Shown: one piece after another, positions 28,384-37,083 of the stretch | Layout: the number at the start of each line of letters is the position of its first letter | Numbering within the stretch: the stretch's first letter is position 1 | Origin: Patescibacteria group bacterium | GTDB lineage: Bacteria > Patescibacteriota > Minisyncoccia > UBA6257 > 2-01-FULL-56-20 | Assembly: GCA_038063755.1 (NCBI GenBank) | Contig: JBBTUL010000012.1 | Coordinates: forward strand, 572 to 64,571 | Direction of reading: 5' to 3' | Length of the DNA stretch: 64,000 bases | The notes under the pieces: model-generated | What the model saw: only the letters and a program-made list of their open reading frames with translations | Database searches by the model: none | What the model was told of the DNA's origin: nothing | Program-made: the position numbers and the translations under genes

Positions 28384-30120
28384 ATGCAACATACATCGAA
28401 CGGAGACATCGCGCGTATCTTGCGGGGAGTCGCCGAATATCTCACGATGGAGAGCGCGAACCCGTTTCGCATTCGCGCTTACGGGCGCGCCGCAGAGGCC
28501 ATAGAGTCCCTCGAAGAGGATATTTTTTTAATCTATAAAAACGGAGGAGAGAAGGCGCTGGAGGCCGTCCCCGGGGTAGGGATGGCGATAAGAGATCACG
28601 TCATAGAAATTTTCCGCACCGGAAAGCTCGGTGAATATGAGAGGCTGAAAAAGAAGACGCCGGTGCGCCTCGACGAGCTTACGAAGATTGAAGGACTTGG
28701 GCCAAAGTCTGTCAAAAAATTATACGAAAAACTGGGCGTGCGAAATATAAAAGACCTTGAGCGCGCGGTTCGGAAGGGCTTGGTTCAGGAAATTCCTGGA
28801 TTTGGCGAAAAAACAGAAAAGAGAATATTGCGCTCGCTTGAGTTTTCGAAAAAAACGAGCGGAAGGATTCTTCTCGACAAGGCATCGGCGATTGCGCAAT
28901 CGATAAAAAAAAGAATAGGAGGAATCGAGGGTGTTTCTCTCTGTGAGGTTGCAGGGTCCTTCAGGCGGAGAAAGGAAACCATCGGGGATCTCGACCTTCT
29001 CGTTGTTGCAAAGAATCCCGCGCGAATCATGGATTCTTTTGTGCGCATGGAGGGAGTAGGACGGGTTTTGGCGCACGGGAAGACAAAATCTTCGATAACG
29101 CTCAAAAGCGGCCTTGATGTGGATCTGCGCATTGTTCCGAAAGAGTCTTGCGGAGCAGCGCTTAATTATTTCACGGGTTCAAAAGAGCACAATATTGCGT
29201 TGCGCGAGATTGCGATCAAAAAGGGATTAAAGCTCAACGAGTACGGACTTTTCAAAGGAGAAAAAGTAATTGCCGGGAAAAATGAAGAAAAGCTCTACGA
29301 GGCGTTGGGGCTTGAATATGTTCCGCCAGAACTTCGCGAAAACACAGGAGAGATCGAAGCCAGCATGCGAAGGAAGGGCAGCAGGCTCCCGAAGCTTATC
29401 GGATACGACACCTTAAAAGGCGACCTTCAGGTGCAGACCGAGTGGAGCGACGGAGTTGCCTCAATCGAAGAAATGGCGCGCGAAGCGCTCCGGAGGGGGC
29501 TCTCGTATATTGCGATAACCGATCACACCAAACGACTCACCATTGCAAATGGCCTCAATGAAAAGCGCCTTACCCTTCAAGCGAAAGAGATTGACCGCGC
29601 AAATATTGCCCTGAAGGGAAAAATAACAATCTTAAAAGGGACCGAGTGCGACATCTTAAAAGACGGCTCACTTGATCTTTCGGACAAGGTGCTCGCAAAG
29701 CTTGATGTTGTTGGCGCATCGGTGCATTCATATTTTAATCTCGAACGAAAGGCGCAAACGGAGCGCATTATAAAAGCCATGGAGAATCCGAATGTAGACA
29801 TTATTTTTCACCCAACCGGACGCCTTATCGGAAGGCGTGATGCTTACGCGATAGATATTGACGCGATTATTAAGGCGGCGAAGCGGACCGGAACCATTCT
29901 CGAAATAGACGCCTTTCCCGACAGGCTTGATCTATGCGATGAATATATAAAGAAGTGCGTTGTCTCCGGCGTAAAGCTTGCGATAGACTCCGACGCGCAT
30001 GCTCCAGAGCACTTCTCTGTTTTGGAATTCGGCTTGGCGCAGGCGCGCCGAGGTTGGGCGACAAAGGGAGACGTCATAAACACGAGAAATCTCTTTGACC
30101 TCAAGAAGCTCTTAAAATAA
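28384..30120 (+). CDS. polX: DNA polymerase X with PHP domain
   Basis: 'NPFRIRAY', 'AGSFRRRKETIGDLDLL', 'YFTGSKEHN', 'ITDH', 'DSDAH'. Confidence 0.95.
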   Translation: MQHTSNGDIARILRGVAEYLTMESANPFRIRAYGRAAEAIESLEEDIFLIYKNGGEKALEAVPGVGMAIRDHVIEIFRTGKLGEYERLKKKTPVRLDELTKIEGLGPKSVKKLYEKLGVRNIKDLERAVRKGLVQEIPGFGEKTEKRILRSLEFSKKTSGRILLDKASAIAQSIKKRIGGIEGVSLCEVAGSFRRRKETIGDLDLLVVAKNPARIMDSFVRMEGVGRVLAHGKTKSSITLKSGLDVDLRIVPKESCGAALNYFTGSKEHNIALREIAIKKGLKLNEYGLFKGEKVIAGKNEEKLYEALGLEYVPPELRENTGEIEASMRRKGSRLPKLIGYDTLKGDLQVQTEWSDGVASIEEMAREALRRGLSYIAITDHTKRLTIANGLNEKRLTLQAKEIDRANIALKGKITILKGTECDILKDGSLDLSDKVLAKLDVVGASVHSYFNLERKAQTERIIKAMENPNVDIIFHPTGRLIGRRDAYAIDIDAIIKAAKRTGTILEIDAFPDRLDLCDEYIKKCVVSGVKLAIDSDAHAPEHFSVLEFGLAQARRGWATKGDVINTRNLFDLKKLLK

Positions 30121-30188
30121 CTTTGTCGTAAAAATCAGTCTTGCTGTGCTTTTTTCGGCATCCACCATGCGCGTGGTATGATGGACTA

Positions 30189-30737
30189 GTGACGCAACCG
30201 ACACACAAGGAACATCGGGAAGAAAAGGGCGCTTCGCAGGCGCGCCCGCAACTTCGCATAAAAAAACAAGTGGTTGCCGGTTTCGTGGTGTTCCGACGAA
30301 CACAGGAGGGGATAAAGTTCCTGCTTCTCTATAAGCGAGGAAACTATTGGAACTTTCCAAAGGGGCATTTTGAAACAGGCGAGAACAGTTTGGCGACCGC
30401 GCTTCGCGAAACCGAAGAGGAGACGGGAATCAAAAGAAGCGAACTCAGAATCATTCCCGAGTTTCGCGCCTACGAGCAGTTTTCGTTCAGGAGCGGGAAT
30501 CAGAAGATTCACGACACTGTTATTTTGTATCTTGCGGAGACGAGGAGGGCCGATGTGCGTATCGCCCCCCGAGAGCATAGCGGATTTGCCTGGTTTTTGC
30601 ACCAAGACGCGCTAAAAGCGCTCGGAAGCAAGTACGTCGGAACGAAGCGAGTTTTAAAACAAGCAAATGATTTCCTTCGCAGAAAAAGTGTTGAGCGTCG
30701 TGCGGCGCATCCCCCGAGGAAAGACGCTCACGTATAA
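30189..30737 (+). CDS. Nudix hydrolase (Ap4A hydrolase-like)
   Basis: 'WNFPKGHFETGENSLATALRETEEETGI', 'EHSGFAW'. Confidence 0.9.
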   Translation: MTQPTHKEHREEKGASQARPQLRIKKQVVAGFVVFRRTQEGIKFLLLYKRGNYWNFPKGHFETGENSLATALRETEEETGIKRSELRIIPEFRAYEQFSFRSGNQKIHDTVILYLAETRRADVRIAPREHSGFAWFLHQDALKALGSKYVGTKRVLKQANDFLRRKSVERRAAHPPRKDAHV

Positions 30738-30924
30738 AGAAGTGGCGCGCATGGCCGGGAGTCCTCGTGCCTACCGCGCGGTGGGGAATATTTTAAATCG
30801 TCACGGCGGGGTGGATCGTGGTATTCCTTGCCACCGGGTTACAAAGTCAGACGGCACGGTGGGCGGCTACGCTCACGGGATAAAGAAAAAGGCAGAACTT
30901 CTTCGAAGAGAGGGAGCCGTCTAA
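30667..30924 (+). CDS. O6-alkylguanine DNA alkyltransferase (minimal MGMT domain)
   Basis: 'IPRGKTLTYKEVA', 'RAVG', 'IPCHRV'. Confidence 0.9.
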   Translation: MISFAEKVLSVVRRIPRGKTLTYKEVARMAGSPRAYRAVGNILNRHGGVDRGIPCHRVTKSDGTVGGYAHGIKKKAELLRREGAV

Positions 30925-31033
30925 AGAAAAGCGAGGGTTGACACAAAGCGCATAGCCGTGTTATAATTTATCCTAGCAGGCTGGAAACTGAGGCCTAATG
31001 AAAGGCCCAGGTCACCCAGCCAAAGGAGCAGAA

Positions 31034-31354
31034 ATGAGAAGCAAGGGAGCGTTTTTGATTCTCCTGGCTGTCGCGATTCTCGGCGCCGCGTGCGCCGAGA
31101 AGCCGCGCTCCGCAGACTTCGTGACGGCGAGGGTGCTGGCTATGGACCAGGGCTACGCCCTGGAAAACACGTGGATCGAGACCATGTACAAAGGTGGTCG
31201 GTGGGTTGTTGTGGTTTCAGGGGTCGCGGTAAATGTGGCTAGAATTGACGGCCGCGATATCTATTGGGCCCGCACGAATACCTGCCTTGCTCCGGTGCCG
31301 GTTCGGCGCGAGACCTTCAAGTGCAATCCCAGCCGACTCGCTCGTATGCCGTAG
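31034..31354 (+). CDS. Hypothetical lipoprotein (ORFan)
   Basis: AAGGAG RBS; signal peptide with lipobox-like 'LGAAC'; TTGACA..TATAAT promoter; hairpin after the stop. Confidence 0.65.
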   Translation: MRSKGAFLILLAVAILGAACAEKPRSADFVTARVLAMDQGYALENTWIETMYKGGRWVVVVSGVAVNVARIDGRDIYWARTNTCLAPVPVRRETFKCNPSRLARMP

Positions 31355-31427
31355 TGGTAGTGCATCACCCCCCGACGAAATCGGGGGCGTAGCATTTTAA
31401 AAGCGCCGCGAAAAGAAAAACAGCGAC

Positions 31428-31775
31428 CTACTTGGTCGCCGCTTCAACTACTTTTTTAAATACCGCCGGTTCGTTTGCCGCGAGATCCGCAAGGATTTTG
31501 CGGTCAAGCGCGATTTTTTTCTTTTTGAGTATTCCGATGAACTTGCTATACGTAGTTCCCTCGGCGCGCAGTGCGGCGTTCATGCGAACATTCCAGAGCG
31601 CGCGGAAGGTGCGCTTCTTTTCCTTTCGTCCTCGGAACTCTCTTGAGAGCGCGTGGAGCAGCGCTTCTTTCGCGGCTCGTTCTTTTGACTTACGACCCCA
31701 ACGGAACCCCTTTGTTCGTTTTAAAAGTTTTTCACGTTTCTTATGAGCAATCGTTCCTCGTTTTACCCTTGGCAT
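31428..31775 (-). CDS. rplT: 50S ribosomal protein L20
   Basis: 'MPRVKRG', 'KKRTFRALWNVRMNAA', 'LDRKILADLA'. Confidence 0.98.
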   Translation of the reverse strand: MPRVKRGTIAHKKREKLLKRTKGFRWGRKSKERAAKEALLHALSREFRGRKEKKRTFRALWNVRMNAALRAEGTTYSKFIGILKKKKIALDRKILADLAANEPAVFKKVVEAATK

Positions 31776-31783
31776 GAGAGCTG

Positions 31784-31951
31784 TTAGTAATTAATAACTT
31801 TTTTGTATGTATGGTTCAGTCCGAGCGTTTTGCGTTTTCCGCGGACGTTTCGGCTCGATTTTCTGGTTCGAAAATGGTTCACGCCCATTGGTCGGCGGAC
31901 AATCTTTCCATTTTTCGTAACTTTAATCCTTTTTGACTGGCTCTTTCGCAT
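31784..31951 (-). CDS. rpmI: 50S ribosomal protein L35 (not in ORF track)
   Basis: Manual translation MRKSQSKRIKVTKNGKIVRRPMGVNHFRTRKSSRNVRGKR...; upstream TTGCAC-17-TATCAT promoter. Confidence 0.9.
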   Translation of the reverse strand: MRKSQSKRIKVTKNGKIVRRPMGVNHFRTRKSSRNVRGKRKTLGLNHTYKKVINY

Positions 31952-32002
31952 GGCAAAATGTAATCCCTATGATAGCCCAAGCCGGGCGTTTGTGCAAGAG
32001 GA

Positions 32003-32299
32003 CGCGCCGCCGTCCGCCACCTCGTTGTTTTCGAGTACCGACTGTTCGCATGCTCCTGCGGCATGCGCCAGTCTGCGCTCTCGGCTTCGAATATCCTGCG
32101 GATGCCAAGCACTCGAAGCCTCCGAGAGCTACTCCAGAAACAACGAGGTGGTGTACGTCTGTCTTCCCGTGCGCCTACGAAAAGGCCTGCCGCGCGCCCC
32201 AAGGGAGGGTAAGACTTGGCCAAGCGGCCCTGGAGCGCACTCCCGTGGGTGTGCGGCAGGCAATATTGTCTCAGAACGGAAAGACGGAAAGGGCGGTGC
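32003..32299 (+). other. Extensively base-paired ~300-nt intergenic element between infC and rpmI
   Basis: 14-bp perfect stem 32017-32030/32138-32151; stems 32185-32195/32251-32261 and 32159-32170/32276-32287. Confidence 0.6.
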
Positions 32300-32303
32300 C
32301 TGC

Positions 32304-32825
32304 TTACGAAGGCTTCTTGGTCGAGAGGATCTGCGTTGTAAATCCGCTGCCTCCGAAGGCGGGCTGGCTTAACACGCGATATTCTACGGTAATGAGTTTC
32401 ATGAAATCCCTTAGTTTCTGCGCCGCCCATTCCTTGTTCCGTTTCTCGCGCCCCCGAAGGCGCAAAAAAATCTCAACCGGATGTCCCTCCTCCAAAAATT
32501 TCTCGAGCTGACGCACTTTTACCGAAAGGTCATTTTGAGCCGCCTTCGCGCTTATCTGTACGCGCTTCGAACCGGTAGCTTTTTGAAGTTGGCGCTCTTT
32601 TTTTGCAGCCTTCTCTTGTTCGTAGCGGAATTTGTCGAAGCTCATGATGCGGGTAACCGGAGGCTTTGCATTCGGGGAGATTTCGATAAGATCAAGCCCT
32701 TTTTCGCGCGCAAGAGAAAGCGCCTCATCGCGCGTAAGGACTCCGAGGTTTCCTCCTTCGGGGTCGATCACGCGCACTTCAGGCGCCGTAATAGCAGTAT
32801 TTATTTTTGCGAGATGGTGAAGAAT
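32304..32825 (-). CDS. infC: Translation initiation factor IF-3, probable ATT start
   Basis: 'IN.AITAPEVRVID..G.NLG', 'LDLIEISPNAKPPV', 'LRGRE'; no in-frame ATG, in-frame ATT at 32825 (AUU starts are typical of infC). Confidence 0.92.
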   Translation of the reverse strand: MLHHLAKINTAITAPEVRVIDPEGGNLGVLTRDEALSLAREKGLDLIEISPNAKPPVTRIMSFDKFRYEQEKAAKKERQLQKATGSKRVQISAKAAQNDLSVKVRQLEKFLEEGHPVEIFLRLRGREKRNKEWAAQKLRDFMKLITVEYRVLSQPAFGGSGFTTQILSTKKPS

Positions 32826-32995
32826 GTGAGTAGGATATGTGTTACAGGTACAGTATAAAACAGAGACTGGTTTTTAGCAAAAAAAAGAGGACGAGCGGAG
32901 GATAAAAACCCGGTGTCTCAATAAAGAAGCGAGAGAGAGGATTGGTCCCCTTCGGCTTGGTTCGTTTGGTAGGCGCGCATTAGAAAAGTGTTATG

Positions 32996-33027
32996 TTCTA
33001 CTGTTTGACGATCGTCAAACAGTAGAA
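32996..33027. repeat. Perfect 32-bp palindrome
   Basis: TTCTACTGTTTGACGA|TCGTCAAACAGTAGAA. Confidence 0.9.
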
Positions 33028-33149
33028 TCCGAGAGATTAAGGTTGACACGGGGGCTGGGACGTGATAGAATGCCAAACGGCATTGCAGTCCGCGAATGGT
33101 AATCGGGAGCCTTCGTGGGCTGAAAAACAAATCCCGAGAGGAGCAAGTC

Positions 33150-33593
33150 ATGACCTGGATCCTCGCCGTAGCCCTCTTGATCGTTTCCATTTCCGGGGTC
33201 ATCGCCTCCCGGAAAAACCGGAGGGCGCTCAATCAACTCTACGCCGAGATCGCGGCGGCGCGCACCCGCCTGTTCGGCCTCAAAGAGGCCAAGGCGGTCG
33301 GACAGTACCTGGAAAACGCTGGCGACGACGCGGCGGCGGCCGTCCGCGGAGTAGTGCTCGGCGTCCTGGGATACGTGAACAACGTACCCTCCGAGCTCGC
33401 CGAGCTCAGGGCGCAGACGGAGAAGATTTGCACCTCCGAGGCCGCCAAAATCGACGGCCTGAAGGCCAAGGTGCGTCAGTTCGAGTCCGCGATCGAGGAC
33501 GCTTACACGCGTTCGGCGGATGCCGAAAACGAGCTCTTCGACACCGAGCTCGTCGCCGAGCCCTTCCTCGACGAGGAGAGTGTCGGCGACTGA
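33150..33593 (+). CDS. Hypothetical TM plus coiled-coil protein, high GC
   Basis: TTGACA-17-TAGAAT promoter, GAGGAG RBS, terminator GCCCGGC..GCCGGGC plus T-tract. Confidence 0.7.
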   Translation: MTWILAVALLIVSISGVIASRKNRRALNQLYAEIAAARTRLFGLKEAKAVGQYLENAGDDAAAAVRGVVLGVLGYVNNVPSELAELRAQTEKICTSEAAKIDGLKAKVRQFESAIEDAYTRSADAENELFDTELVAEPFLDEESVGD

Positions 33594-33757
33594 CGTCCTT
33601 CCAGCACTTTGTAGTCATGTAGTCATCGACGCCCGGCAATCCAGCCGGGCTCGTTTTTTATATACAAAAACAGACAGGCGCGCTTTGGCAATAATGTATA
33701 ATCATTTATTAGCAGGTGAATCGGTCGACACCTCGAAATGAAAAACAAAGAAACAAT

Positions 33758-34153
33758 ATGCTTTCCAAATTAAAGAATCCAGACTTAGGACTTTTTCTCG
33801 TACGCCTCGCGCTTGCGCTTGTTTTTATCGCGCATGGCTTTGGGAAGTTCGCAGACATCGCGGGAACAACTGCATTTTTTGGAAAAATTGGCCTTGCGCC
33901 GTTTTTCGTCTACCTTGTTGCCGCGGTTGAATTTGTTGGAGGCCTCGCGATGCTTCTGGGGCTTTTTACGGATGTCGCCGGAGTTGCGCTTGCACTCGTC
34001 ATGCTTTTCGCGATCATTCTCGTGAAGGGAGGAAAAGGGTTTTTCGGATTTGAACTCGATCTAACTCTTCTTCTTGCGGCTTTGGGTGTTGCAATGGCTG
34101 GACCTGGCAAATATGCGGTAAAGTGGTTTCAAAAACCACCCGCACAGGTATAA
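33758..34153 (+). CDS. DoxX-family membrane protein
   Basis: 'LVRLALALVFIAHGFGKF', 'EFVGGLAMLLGLFT', 'GPGKYA'. Confidence 0.9.
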   Translation: MLSKLKNPDLGLFLVRLALALVFIAHGFGKFADIAGTTAFFGKIGLAPFFVYLVAAVEFVGGLAMLLGLFTDVAGVALALVMLFAIILVKGGKGFFGFELDLTLLLAALGVAMAGPGKYAVKWFQKPPAQV

Positions 34154-34242
34154 GCTCCTTACCAAAAACTGCCCTCGACCTTCGTCGGGGCGGTTTTTTT
34201 ATTGACTGATTTTTGCAGGCGACGTAGGATAATCGGAGAAGC

Positions 34243-34509
34243 TTGACTGGAAGAGCGAGGGGACTGGTGCCACCGAACGAAGGCCCAAAACGCGTAGAGA
34301 CAATCGAAGAATTCGCTCAAGCGATTGATTTGCTTCCCGACGGAGCGGTTGAATGCTTCAGCGTTCCGGCAAACGACGATTTTTCCGATATGCGGAAGGT
34401 TTCCGAAAAACTTCTTCTTGTCCTGGGAGCAGATTGGAGAATTTCCCTCCGGAAAATTGGCGTGGACAAGAACGATACTCAAAGATTTTTTATCCTCGTA
34501 AGCACCTAA
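34243..34509 (+). CDS. Hypothetical protein
   Basis: TTGACT-17-TAGGAT promoter, GGAG RBS before TTG start. Confidence 0.45.
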   Translation: MTGRARGLVPPNEGPKRVETIEEFAQAIDLLPDGAVECFSVPANDDFSDMRKVSEKLLLVLGADWRISLRKIGVDKNDTQRFFILVST

Positions 34510-34540
34510 AACCCAAACCCAGAAAGGAAAGGAGACAGAG

Positions 34541-34786
34541 ATGTCAGAAGAAATTAAATGGATCGGTGGCCTCGACGAACTTGAGACGGAGATCGCCAAG
34601 ATGAAGATTGGCGATGAGAGGGAGTTCATGTTTGATGGAGCGATCGGGCAGGCAGAGGCATCCGAACGCGCATTCAGAATCAATCTTTTAAGAAAAGAGG
34701 GTCGCGCATGGATTCAGGTCGGGGCGTGGGGGCTGATGCCGGACCCCACGACGAAAATTAAGGTTCGTGTTCGAATTTCTCACTAG
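34541..34786 (+). CDS. Hypothetical protein
   Basis: AAGGAG RBS; terminator AGCCGC-AAAAC-GCGGCTTTTTT follows. Confidence 0.6.
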   Translation: MSEEIKWIGGLDELETEIAKMKIGDEREFMFDGAIGQAEASERAFRINLLRKEGRAWIQVGAWGLMPDPTTKIKVRVRISH

Positions 34787-34824
34787 AATAGCCGCAAAAC
34801 GCGGCTTTTTTCTTTTTAAGAGGG

Positions 34825-34922
34825 GAATCGTCTCTTTCGGGTGTCGTCGCAGCAAGGGTAAGGTCTGGCCTAGCGGCCTTGGAGCGCCCGAGCGGAGACG
34901 ATACCCGAAAAAGACCGCATTC
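34825..34922 (+). repeat. Stem-loop carrying a second copy of the 33-nt core motif at 32206-32238
   Basis: 34855-34887 matches 32206-32238 at 28/33 nt; enclosed by TTTCGGGTGTCGTC/GACGATACCCGAAA. Confidence 0.7.
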
Positions 34923-34958
34923 CGGGGAGATTTATTGTTATGCACAGCGCCACAACAA

Positions 34959-35029
34959 ATCTCGACCATCGAGGTGTATAATGCTTATATGTACAAAAAA
35001 GCTGATTTTTCCGCATCTCGACCATCGAG
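34959..35029 (+). promoter_or_regulatory. Promoter with two identical palindromic operator-like sites
   Basis: ATCTCGACCATCGAG at 34959-34973 and 35015-35029 flanking TATAAT (34977-34982). Confidence 0.7.
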
Positions 35030-35050
35030 ATTATTGATTTTAAAGGATTT

Positions 35051-35455
35051 ATGACCGAAAGCGGGGAAAAGTACATAAGCCTTAAAGAAGCCGCAAGATT
35101 GTCGGGTTATTCGCCGGACTATGTCGGACAGCTTATCAGAAAAGGAAAGCTCCCCGGAAAACAAATATATTCGAATATTGCCTGGGTGACGACCGAAGAG
35201 GCCATTAAAAAATACATGGAAGGATCGCTTCCCGAAAACGGAGGCGAAGCGGGAGCTCCCTGGCTAGAGCGAAAGGCGGCAATTCTTGAGAAAAAAAAGC
35301 TTTTTCGGCGGGTAACGATTTTACTAAGAGTAATTCTTAGTGCCATGATTTTTTTCGCGATAGTTCTTTTCTATGTATTTACCGCAAGCGTTGAACAGCG
35401 CCTTGAACAGCGCGCACTTCGACAGGCAGAGGTAGGCCAAGAAAAAATGAAATGA
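35051..35455 (+). CDS. Excisionase-like HTH protein with C-terminal TM
   Basis: 'YISLKEAARLSGYSPDYVGQLIRKGKL', then a hydrophobic helix. Confidence 0.8.
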   Translation: MTESGEKYISLKEAARLSGYSPDYVGQLIRKGKLPGKQIYSNIAWVTTEEAIKKYMEGSLPENGGEAGAPWLERKAAILEKKKLFRRVTILLRVILSAMIFFAIVLFYVFTASVEQRLEQRALRQAEVGQEKMK

Positions 35456-37083
35456 AAAACGAGCATGAGGAAAAGAAGTGTTTCATGCGCGATATTGTTT
35501 TTTATCCCGCGAGCACAGCCCGGCCGAAAAAAGAAAGAAAAGCCGGCGATCTATTTTCGAGATGCGTTGCGATCATGGCAATGTGCTCGATTATCTTTTT
35601 TCCGCTGGCTCCGGTTCGCGGAGAAGAGGCTTCCCCTGATGCGAGTGTCGATGTTTCCGAGGTCATCCAGCCCACAGGCGAAATAAACGAGACAGCAGAG
35701 GACGGCGAAAAAATTTTATCAGAACTTCCTTCGGAGCAAGTAGAACAGATCGAACTTGTTCCGGACGAGAACCCCTTTTCTGAAGAGCAGTCCGTCGAGA
35801 GCTCTTCTGGCGCAGAAAACGCAGTGCCCGAGCCAAAAGCAGAAGAAGTGCTTGTCGAAAACAACGGGGAGACACAGAGCGTCGTCTCTTCCGAAGAAAC
35901 GTCAAGCGAACCCGATCCCCTGATAAACACCGAAGAGAGCGGAGGATCGACGGGGAGTCTCTCAGCAACATCATCATCGTCAGAAGAACCGGCTGTGCCG
36001 CGTGAAGAAGAAAACAGGAGCTCAGCACCGGAGGACGAGAACGAGCCGATCCTTGAAGCTCAAGACGCAAGTACTCCATACGAGGACTTAACTACCGAAG
36101 AACTTTCCGCCAAGCTCAAAGACCAAGAAGCGCGATACCAGGAAGAGCTTGAGCGGAAAAATCGTGTCATCGAAGAGCTTACAGAAAACGCAACCCAAAG
36201 GCCGCGGAGGGAAGCGGAAAAAGAGCTTCAGGCGAGATGTGTCGCGCTTGCGCACGGATACTTTTGTCTTGACGGAGATGGCGCTGCTTCATCCGGAGAA
36301 GTGCTTGCGAGCCCGTCAGATAACGGATTTTTACGCGCCGAGCGTGTTTCCGGTAACTATGAAATATATCTGACGGGAGCGTCTGGAGAAGAGCGTATTA
36401 CTGAAAATGACTACGACGATATTTTTCCGGAACGTGATCGAGGCGGAGCAATGATCGTCTGGCAGGGAAACCCCGGAGGTACGTGGCAGATTTTTGTAAA
36501 AAATGGGCTTGATCCGGTGGAGCAGCTTACCAACACGAACGACTCGAATATGAACCCGCGCGTTTCGAGCGATTTCGTGGTCTGGCAGGGATGGCGCGAC
36601 GGGAATTGGGAAATATTTTTAGCGGAGAAAAAAAACAATATAGAAGATGGCGCGACGAGCACTGTTTCAAAAGAGTCGTGGAGCGTTGAGCGGTTAACCA
36701 CGAATATCACAAATGACATGTTTCCCAGCATCGCACGAGGACTGGTAACGTGGCAGTCATGGAATGGTTCGGGGTGGGAGATTCTTGTGTACGATATTAA
36801 AAATAAAAAAATCGAAAAACTTGAGGGTTCCGGAGTTGCAGAAAGTCCTCGCTTCGCGCTCATTGCCGAGGAGCGAAATACGGACGGAACGTTTCGAACG
36901 GTTGGATATGACCTTGCTTCAGGAAGGAAGCTAGAGCTTCACCTTGATCGTTTGCCGATTACGATACCAGTCGATCCTCCCGCCCCACCGCTTCACGAAC
37001 AGGATGGAGTTTTTCCTGCGCCTTCCGGCGGACATACAGAGAAGAAGGTTGAGGGAGGCGAAGATGGAGCTACACCAGAATGA
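35452..37083 (+). CDS. Exported protein: acidic linker, coiled coil, TolB-like beta-propeller
   Basis: Signal/TM; E/S-rich tract; repeats 'IVWQG..WQIF', 'VVWQG..WEIF', 'VTWQS..WEIL'. Confidence 0.8.
   Translation: MKNEHEEKKCFMRDIVFYPASTARPKKERKAGDLFSRCVAIMAMCSIIFFPLAPVRGEEASPDASVDVSEVIQPTGEINETAEDGEKILSELPSEQVEQIELVPDENPFSEEQSVESSSGAENAVPEPKAEEVLVENNGETQSVVSSEETSSEPDPLINTEESGGSTGSLSATSSSSEEPAVPREEENRSSAPEDENEPILEAQDASTPYEDLTTEELSAKLKDQEARYQEELERKNRVIEELTENATQRPRREAEKELQARCVALAHGYFCLDGDGAASSGEVLASPSDNGFLRAERVSGNYEIYLTGASGEERITENDYDDIFPERDRGGAMIVWQGNPGGTWQIFVKNGLDPVEQLTNTNDSNMNPRVSSDFVVWQGWRDGNWEIFLAEKKNNIEDGATSTVSKESWSVERLTTNITNDMFPSIARGLVTWQSWNGSGWEILVYDIKNKKIEKLEGSGVAESPRFALIAEERNTDGTFRTVGYDLASGRKLELHLDRLPITIPVDPPAPPLHEQDGVFPAPSGGHTEKKVEGGEDGATPE

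Noticed and set aside
32206-32238. SRP RNA domain IV or pistol ribozyme identity for the repeated core
   Set aside because: Only loose resemblance: no GGAA tetraloop or CAGG/AGCAG, and the pistol pseudoknot cannot be formed in both copies.
31803-32511. Long ORFs of 183-192 aa over the infC-rpmI gap
   Set aside because: They overlap rpmI/infC, have no recognisable motifs, and probably reflect GC-rich structured DNA with few stop codons.
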